Source of the DNA: Chrysomallon squamiferum
Lineage: Eukaryota; Animalia; Mollusca
NCBI GenBank assembly: GCA_012295275.1
Contig: CM022665.1
Span: 46,562,001-46,626,000, forward strand
Reading direction: 5' to 3'
DNA: 64,000 bases
Position numbers and translations under genes: made by a program. Under the pieces are notes generated by a model that was not told where the DNA came from, made no database searches, and worked only from the letters and a program-made list of their open reading frames with translations. Shown one piece after another: positions 43,388-64,000 of this stretch (the stretch's first letter is position 1; the number at the start of each line of letters is the position of its first letter).

Positions 43388-44254
43388 TTTAAAAAATGGA
43401 AGACACATAAAAAAAGTTTACTATTATTATTAACATATGCTCTGTACCTTCTTGAATGAATGACATATCACACTGTCTTAAAAAAACATGGCATCTTGGC
43501 TGGATCTGTCAAGTTAGCTTTAATGTTAAACCTTTAAAGTCATAAAAATGACATTTACAACATTTTTTTCAACATTTTATTTGAATATAAGCAGGGAATG
43601 TTTTTCTTTCTTTTATGTTATTATTATTATTATTATTTATTAGTTTTTGTAATATTTATTATTTTTAATTTATTTTATTTATTTATTACTAGTGTAGTTT
43701 GTTACGTAACTACAGTGTATGTAATTCTTACTGTTTTGACTGTCATTTTCACAAGTTTTAACTGACAGTTGTAATAAAGAGAGTGAGTACGTTGTTCCAC
43801 TGTTTGTATTACATGAACATAACAAACCCCAATATTTATACATTGTAGTAAATAAAAATACAATAAATAACTATGTTATACAATTATGAAATGTAACATT
43901 TATTTTTACCATTTTAACATGTTCACCATTACTTTTACATTTATTTTAACATGTTTATATTTTAGTGTGTTAGTTTACACTGTAAAGAGCCCTTGAACTT
44001 ACGTAGTATGGGTAAAATGCTATATAAATATGGTATAATAAATAAATAAATAAATACTGAAATGCTAGCTGTATAATAATAATAATAATAATAATTGTTA
44101 TTATTATAATATTTAATACATTAATAAAGATAACAGTATTAATAAATAAATAAATAAAAAAATAAAACTTAGAAACCCTTCTAGTTAGTAATTCAAGAAA
44201 TAAAAGAATTTCTATGTAAGACAACCTGAAGTCAAAAATGTTTTTTTATTTATT

Positions 44255-44287
<33 letters not shown>

Positions 44288-45436
44288 TGTTCTTGTTTTT
44301 TCTTCAGTTATTTTACTACTTCCAAGCACATCTGTTTTTGCAATAAAATCTGCAAGCGTAGAAAAAGTCAACATAAATATCATTTATATTACTTCAGTGA
44401 TATACACAGCTTACCCCAGACTGCGATAGAAAAAAAAGAAAGATTAGATAACACTAGATAACACAGTAGCCTAGTTACAGTATGACAGTGCAAACAGTAA
44501 TATTACTTGATGCTGCCCACTTGGTTTTATTTTCACAACCACAATAAATTTCATGGTTGACATAGGCTAGGAGATCAAGATTAAACCTACTTAACCTTGG
44601 TGTTTTGAGGGTTTTTTTATGTAAAGGATTTGAATAGGTTCAGATTACCTGCTGTGGCAAGTTTCTGTAGCATGGTTCTATTCAAACCACTGGTATTTAG
44701 TGACTTAAATAAAGATACTTAAAAGTGTTGGTGATTTAAATAAAGCCTCATACAAACGTTAGTAATTTAAATAAAACCACTTAAATGTATTAGTGATTTA
44801 AATAAAACCACATAAAAAATGCTAGTAATTTAAATAAAAATACTAGTAATTTAAATAAAAAATTTACCAATTTAAATAAAACCACATAAAAATATTAGTG
44901 ATTTAAATAAAATTGCATTAAAATAAGAGAGAAAATTTATGTAAATTCCAATATTTTTATTTATTTATTTTTAGTTCAGTTTTAATTGTTTGTAGATGAC
45001 TTCTATTTAGTTTAAATATTTTAAATACAAGTGTATTAATAAATCATTTCTGAATTAAATGTAATCTTTACCCCCCCCCACAAGTGTCTTTAGAATTAGT
45101 TCATTAGCAAACATGATTTTTAAAAAAAAAAAGAAATAAAGAAAGAAGATAAGATAAGAAAAAATAAAAATAAAAAAAGTAGCAGCCATTTTAAATTGTG
45201 ATGTCATCTGGTTGGGTTACAATGATATAAAATTATACTCAAGTGTGTAACATTATCTAGTGCAAGGTGTAAGTGACACTGTGTCACTAATCTACAACTT
45301 ACACTAATAGTGATTCTATTCTGTAGTCAGAAATCGATAACTGAAAAAGAATCCTAGACTTGCAATTTCTAAAACCACTAATTTAATCAAGGTGGTTTTT
45401 CAAGTTTTTCTTTTTGAGAGGCTGGGGTTTTTTGTT

Positions 45437-45467
<31 letters not shown>

Positions 45468-46029
45468 CCTTATTACACAAAAGAACACAAATTCAAAAAA
45501 TATAATTTCATAGTTTAATGCCTGTGAACATTTTCAAGAATTTATTATATGCAGTGTTTTTATATTATTATTATTATTATTATTATACATTATTATTATT
45601 ATTATATATTATTATACATTATTTTAATTTTATTTCTTATTACCAACAATAAGCATTTCAAATTATTTCATAACCAATTATGCAAAAGACTACAATAAAA
45701 CAGTTAGCTAAAAAAAAAAAAAAAAAAAAATTATATAAACAATTATCTTCTGTTGAAGTAATACATTAATAATTTTTTATATATATATATATGATTTACA
45801 ATCTAGATATAATTAAAAAAACTGCCTCCTTACAACATATTTTGCAAGCTGCTTACTTATATGTTACAATAAACACTATCTGAAACAAACATAGATGCAT
45901 TCACTTGTTAATATACTAGCAGATACTTTTTACTCATGCACATTCAGTATTGGCAAGTATTAAAGCTGATGAATTCATCATTGGCTAGTTTTCAGTATAC
46001 AGTTTTTGGTAAATGACGACTTCATGGCT

Positions 46030-46425
46030 GCTTACAGTTATGAATCTACACAACTGTTGACAAAGGTTAAAATTCATTATTGGCTAGAGTTATGAATCTA
46101 CAGAATTGTTGACAAAGGTTAAAATTCATTATTGGCTGCAGTTGTGAATCTACAGAATTGTTGACAAAGGTTAAAATTCATTATTGGCTAGAGTTATGAA
46201 TCTACACGACTGTTGACAAAGGTTAAAATTCATTATTGGCTGCAGTTGTGAATCTACAGAATTGTTGACAAAGGTTAAAATTCATTATTGGCTACAGTTA
46301 TGAATCTACAGAATTGTTGACAAAGGTTAAAATTCATTATTGGCTACACAATCTACAGCACTGTTGACAAAAGATGAATTCATGCTGGCTACAGTTATTA
46401 ATCTACACATTTGTTGACAAAACAT
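46030..46425. repeat. About 52-bp minisatellite
   Basis: Unit gttatgaatctacagaattgttgacaaaggttaaaattcattattggcta. Confidence 0.92.
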
Positions 46426-46709
46426 GAAATATTTGATATCTTTACTTTAAAAAAAATAATAAAAATTTAAATAAATAAAAATGCCAGGCAGAGAATATAA
46501 CATTCATTTTCTGTTTGTTTTCACTGGATTTTTACCATCAACATTGTTCAAACGTAGCTGCCAAAAATAATAAAACAACGAATATTTACTGTTGAAATCT
46601 GCACCAATTTTCACTGAACTGTCAACTGGCATGATTACCTTTGTACATTTGAAAGCTGTGTTCACTGCAATATTTTGTTATGACAAAGACATGTAATAAT
46701 ATTACCATG

Positions 46710-46753
<44 letters not shown>

Positions 46754-47674
46754 AAAAAAAAATACAACAACAACAAACATTAGCCTTTTTTCTTTGGTTT
46801 TAAAAAACAATTTTTTTCTGACTATTTTACCAGACATAAAGATATGATTATGCAACACAAATACAACCACTGAATTATATAATAACTGATTAGATGGGGT
46901 ATAATGCAACAGTGGCTAAACAATAATGAAAAATCTCATAGCACTTAGTAGGAGGAAGCAAAACTCCTGCATTCTACAGCTGCTACACAGACAAAACAAC
47001 AACAACAACAACATCATCCATCACTTACTACTAACATGACAGCTTAAAAACGATGATGTCACAGCAATGTGTTATGCTCTCTTTATACAATTATGTCTGT
47101 GTATGTAAGTATGTATATATATATATATATTATATTAAATATATAAATTAATAATTTCATATTGCACTTTCTGTCAAGCAGCACGTGATAAAGACGATAT
47201 ACAACATTAATGCTACTGCAAGTATTAAATTCAGTAGTGATTTAAAAATATATATCAGACGACATGAATATACTGTGATGACACATTTGTGGTGAAAATA
47301 AAAAAAAAAATTGTCATATTTTTATCTCATTCTAAATTATATACAGATGTTTTATTATTACTGTACACACTGATCATCTGTAATTCAAATGATAGAATCA
47401 TGTATATCTTTTATGAATTTTTTTTTTTTTTTTTGCCAAAAATTTAAAAATCTGATCTATTTATAATTTTTTTTTAAAAATCCAATAACATTATCAAAAA
47501 CTATACAACTTTCATTAACAATAAATATTCACTCTCTCTCTTTTAAAAAACAAAAAAAATAATAAATAACGAAACAAAAGCACTGTAAAATTTACATGCA
47601 AAACAAATATACATACATACACATATATATATGCAGATCACTGTAACATAAGGCTGGTCATATTATTTGAAAAA

Positions 47675-47712
<38 letters not shown>

Positions 47713-47752
47713 GAAATTGATAGTATTAATGAAAGAAAATTTAAATTACCTC

Positions 47753-47799
<47 letters not shown>

Positions 47800-48439
47800 A
47801 AATAAATAAATAAAAATTAATAAAAACAATTGTTAGCTGCCTGAGACAAAAAGCTTTTTACTGTTCATATTGTACTTCAGTGAATATTTCTAAAATGATT
47901 CAACAGATAAAAACTGTATACATTTATGTGCAAGTTTCTCAAATATGTAAAATGACATATTTGATAAATGTTAAATAAGTTAAGGGGCAATTATGACATG
48001 AAGGAAACAGTCACACACGACTGAATCTTAATGTTATGCTTAATGTGTATTCACAATACGTACAGTTTGACTGCTTAATGACAGGATATCCATTTGAAGG
48101 ATTGCGATTGTAACAAAACGATCAAAATGTTACAGACAAAGATTTTAAAACTGTTTTAAGTTGATGTTTGGTTCTTTTAATAGGGTAATGGAAAAAAAAA
48201 AAATTTAACTGTTTAACAAAACATGACAAAAATGAAAAAATTTCCCCAAAAAAACAAAAACAAGGGTAGCTCAATTTCATTGTAAATTTCATAGAAATAA
48301 TAACAACAATAATTATTATAAATAAATAAATTTTGGAAAAAAAAACAGAAACATTTTTATAATGAAATTTAGGCATTAAAATTCGCCAACCAAAACATAA
48401 CAAAATGAAATTCTTTAATGAACAAACAAATAATAAAAT

Positions 48440-48745
48440 AAATATAGATGGTATTAAATTACTGTTTTATATCATGCCTATGCAATAAAGATGATATTAA
48501 ATAATTGTTTTATCATACCTACGCAATACAGATGATATTAAATAACTGTTTTATCATACCTACGCAATACAGATGATATTAAATAACTGTTTTATCATAC
48601 CTATGCAATACAGATGATATTAAATAACTGTTTTATCATACCTATGCAATACAGATGATATTAAATAACTGTTTTATCATACCTATACAATACAGATGAT
48701 ATTAAATAACTGTTTTATCATACCTATGCAATACAGATGATATTG
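48440..48745. repeat. About 41-bp minisatellite
   Basis: Unit atacagatgatattaaataactgttttatcatacctatgca. Confidence 0.92.
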
Positions 48746-50837
48746 TTGAGCAGTATTTTAAATAAAGCACCATCATGTGGCAGTATGAAACACAAAAATG
48801 TTTTTGTTATTTTAGGCATGTTCCTCCCTGAGATTTTTTGTTGTTTTTCTGTTTTTGTTTTTTTTGAATTTTAAAAAATCTTTGGCTGGTTATTGATTCT
48901 AATCACAGGACACATTTCTCTTACAGCTGCCTCAGAAAATGACTTCTCAAACAAAATTCTATTTCTCAAAGTCTATGTTTCTAAGATATTATCAAAATTG
49001 GTCTAATCTAATCTAATAGTATATCTAAAAACAACAAAAAAAAAAAAAATTCTCTCAGATCATATCACTAACTGCCGTCATAAATAATTTTTCGAACAGA
49101 ATTCAGATAATCTATCTGAAAATATTCATTCACTTCTTCCAAGATATTATTCTAATTATCCCAATCTAAAAGACAATGTCTAAATTCAAAAAAAAAAAAA
49201 AATAAAAAATAAAAAAAAAATCCCTTTAATCCAAGACACTAATATATTTTCTGCCTTTGTAAATTTCTTCTCAAACATAATTCCATTTTTCTTTCTCAAA
49301 ATCTACATTTTGCAGATATATTAAAATTAGCCTCCTGATTTAATACTAATAGACAAATGTCTAACAACAATTAAATTTCCCTCAATCAATGATACTAAGA
49401 TACCACGACCTTTGTAAATCATTTCCCAAACGAAATTCCATTTTTCATTTCTTAATCCACATTTCCCAGATATCCTAATATAATACAATGTGTAGGCACA
49501 ATAAAATTCACTCAGTCTGTGATAACTAACATGATCTTAATCTCTAACTAAACACTGAATCTCATTTGAATGATGATTCAACAAAAAGAATGTTTTACTT
49601 TAGTCATGTTTGGTACTGGCCCTATAACATATTTAAATACTGGTGAATTTATATTAAAATAAATAAAGAATTTAATCCAAAAAAAAAAAATAAACATTAT
49701 TTAAAAAAAAAACCTGAAAAGGTATTGACCCTTGAAATTTATTTAAATACTGGTGAATTTATATTAAAAAAAAATAATAAGAATAAGAATAAGATTAAAA
49801 AAAAAATTAATTAAAATAAAAGGATTTCTACTCAAATTAATGTTTGTAAAAAAACACACACCCACAAGTAAAAAAAAATAAAAATAAAAATAAATAAATA
49901 AACACATACAACAATTCAGCCATATTTAACTCACTGCCTAACATTTGTCAGTGGAAACTGTAATGTAAGTTTTCTAACCTGAGTGAGTAAAATTACATAT
50001 AAAAAAATGGCTGGATGAGATTTACACACTCAGGTCATACATTAATTTAAGCAGATTCTTTAAAAATTTCACAACTCCATGCTTTGTGGTGATGATGATG
50101 ATGATGACAATGATGATAAATGCTTCTGGAAGGCACATGACTCCAAATCTGGCTTGATATCATAGGCAAACTCTGATTACGTTACTATGGTGATGTGATA
50201 ATTATGTATACATGTTTACAATGTCATGTTCCGTATACTTTAAAGATTTATATTTCTAGTACTTTTAACAGCAGAGGAAATTTACATCAAAACCTGGAAG
50301 ATCTCAGTAATGAATGTGTCAATATTTAGCAGGAGATATTTATCTACACTTAAAAGATTTTAAATTTCCATTTCATTAAAGTAAAAAAAAAAAAATGTGG
50401 AAAACCTTTTCCTATTGTCATATTTGGCTCTTTTTTTTTTTTTTTTTTTTAATTTTAATTATTATGATTTTGTAAATTAAAAAAAAAAAATAATAATAAC
50501 AATTTCTCAAATCTCAGTTGGTCAACTCATAACATTCATCCAGAATGTAACAGGATCAAATCTCATACATACTCATCTTTATATGTAAAAAAAAAAATGT
50601 TTCTGACTATTTAGGTTTTTCACACACATAAATAGAACCTGGATATAATTCATTCATAGAGTGTAACAAATACTGGTTTCTACAAGCCTCTAATATTTTG
50701 ACATGTAGGTCATTCTTGTTGTTACATTCATATTAAGTCCAAATAGGACTTTGTGTTATTACTTCACAGTCTTCAACCAGTGGCATGGAGTGATAGATTC
50801 TGTCAGATGAAAGATGACTGTATTTAAGTTTTCAAAC

Positions 50838-51830
50838 ATAAACATCAGCTTTTCCATCTAATACACATCAGCTTTTCCATCTAATACACATCAGCATTTC
50901 TGTCTTTTGTAAACATCAGCATTTCTGTCTTTTGTAAACATCAGCATTTCTGTATTTTGTAAACATCAGCATTTCTGTCTTTTGAAAACAACAGCATTTC
51001 TGTCTTTTGTAAACATCAGCATTTCTGTATTTTGTAAACATCAGCATTTCTGTATTTGGTATACATCAGCATTTGTGTATTTTATAAACATCAGCATTTC
51101 TGGCTTTTGTAAACAACAGCTTCTTGTCATTTTGTAAACATCAGCATTTTTGACTTTTGTAAACATCAGCATTTCTGTATTTTGTAAACATCAGCATTTC
51201 TGTATTTGGTATACATCAGCATTTTTGACTTTTGTAAACATCAGCATTTCTGGCTTTTGAAAACATCAGCATTTCTGTATTTGGTATACATCAGCATTTG
51301 TCTTGCAAACATCTTTCATAAACCTCAGCATTTTTGTATTTTGTAAATGTCAGCATTTCTGGCTTTTGTAAACAACAGCATTTGTCTTGCAAACATCCTC
51401 AGCATTTTTATCTTTCATAAACATCAGCGTTTCTGTATTTTGTAAACAACAGCATTTCTATATTTTGTAAACAGCATTTCTGGCTTTTGTAAACATCAGC
51501 TCTTGTCATTCTGTAAACATCAGCATTTGTCTTGCAAACATCTTTCATAAACCTCAGTATTTTTTTTATCTGTCGTAAACATCAGCATGTGTTTATTTTA
51601 TAAACATCAGCATTTCTGTATTTTGTAAACATCAGCTCTTGTCATTCTGTAAACATCAGCATTTGTCTTGCAAACATCTTTCATAAACCTCGGTATTTTT
51701 TTTATCTGTCGTAAACATCAGCATGTGTTTATTTTATAAACATCAGCATTTCTGTATTTTGTAAACATCAGCATTTCTGTATTTTGTATCCATCAGTATT
51801 TTGGTCATTTGTAAACATCAGAATTTGTGC
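50838..51830. repeat. About 25-bp minisatellite
   Basis: Unit gtaaacatcagcatttctgtatttt. Confidence 0.92.
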
Positions 51831-52653
51831 CTACTGATTACAGCAGAGAGCAAACAGCAGTGTTTACAGCATTTTAGAAAAAAACAAAAACATTAATAAA
51901 CAACTGACAGCAGGATGTGCAGCATTTTCTCAGAAATGTTTACAGAAATTTCTGAAAATATAACAATTTCTTAGAAATATTTCCACAACAGTATCAACTC
52001 CAGTGTATGGGTATGTTAAGATCAGTTTTGTTTTCAAACACCTGGTCATAGGTCTTGTTGTTCGAATTGGCAGTTTGTTTTTGTTTTTGTAAAATCACGT
52101 CATCTATTTTGCTTATATTTTCATATAGAAATCCAGGTTTTTTTTTTTTTTTTAAAGTCCTTGATAATGATATTTCAACCATTACTGTATTAAACAATGT
52201 TTTTGTCTTGTTTTTCTCTCTCTCTCTCTTTTTGTTTTCTCTTTCAAAAAATGTCTCAATATGGTCTTCTGGTACTTCAAACATGATCAGGGTGCAATCT
52301 ACACAATGATAGCATATTACTTGAACTTAAATTCCTATCTCAACTCAGGCTTTCCTTCCAGTCTCTCAGTAACATAGTCTTGCTTGTATTTTCCATAATC
52401 TCCTGGCCTTGTGGAGTTTTTGTTTGTCAGACACTAATTTTTATATTCAAATCAAAAGTCTCAAGATCTTTTCACACACAAACATGGCTTATATTTGATT
52501 TGTCACATGTGACAATTAATTCCAGTTTTGTTTTAGGTATTTTTTTTATTTTTATTTTTTTCAATAGCACTCCTCTATGACTCTAGACATACTTTCCCAG
52601 TGATCTCGTTAACGTCTGTTAATAATGCTGCGACTATGTGATTGTGTTGACAA

Positions 52654-63606
<10,953 letters not shown>

Positions 63607-63639
63607 CTGTGAAAACAACTGGAAACAAGTCGAGTTTTA

Positions 63640-64000
63640 AACAGTTTTAAAATACACAAGACTTTAAACAGCTAATACAGAGCTTTTTAAATAGTTTTAA
63701 AATACAGAGATTTAAACAGCTAATACAGAGCTTTTAGATAATTTTAAAACACAGAGATTTTAAACAGCTAATATAGAGCTTTTAGATAATTTTAAAATAC
63801 AGAGATTTTAAATAGCTAATATAGAGCTTTTAGATAATTTTAAAATACAGAGATTTTAAACAGCTAATATAGAGCTTTTAGATAATTTTAAAATACAGAG
63901 ATTTTAAACAGCTAATACAGAAATTTTAAATAATTTTAAAATACAGATATTTTAAACAGCTAATACAAAGATCTTAATTAATTTTAAAATACAGAGATTT
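63640..64000. repeat. About 47-bp minisatellite running to the window end
   Basis: Unit ttttaaacagctaatatagagcttttagataattttaaaatacagaga. Confidence 0.92.

Noticed and set aside
45272-45288. 8-bp hairpin agtgacac-t-gtgtcact
   Set aside because: Expected by chance in 64 kb; no context.
43000-52600. Possible hidden gene or RNA gene between SETD4 and REV3L
   Set aside because: No exon-like segments, tRNA or rRNA recognised; consistent with UTRs and intergenic repeats.

Overview
AT-rich, intron-rich animal genomic DNA, probably a mollusc or other lophotrochozoan (inferred from composition and proteins). It is not prokaryotic. Four spliced genes were reconstructed exon by exon: (1) the 3' part of Parkin/PRKN (+, 492-6278); (2) a MORC3/4-type GHKL ATPase-CW gene (-, about 23480 to 11666) with two minor-spliceosome (U12) introns, one AT-AC and one GT-AG; (3) SETD4 (+, 25023-42874), head-to-head with MORC; (4) the 3' part of REV3L, the Pol zeta catalytic subunit (-, 63606 to 52654). 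Introns are full of micro- and minisatellites, and one carries a Tigger/pogo-type non-autonomous DNA transposon. The most striking pattern is that many intronic tandem repeats are copies of the neighbouring splice junction (acceptor or donor plus 10-40 nt of exon), at 9-10 exon edges in three genes. At one such array in REV3L, only truncated copies of the exon carrying the catalytic YGDTDS motif are present. Several 1-nt frameshifts in otherwise conserved exons suggest long-read assembly indels, so pseudogenisation claims need read-level checks.
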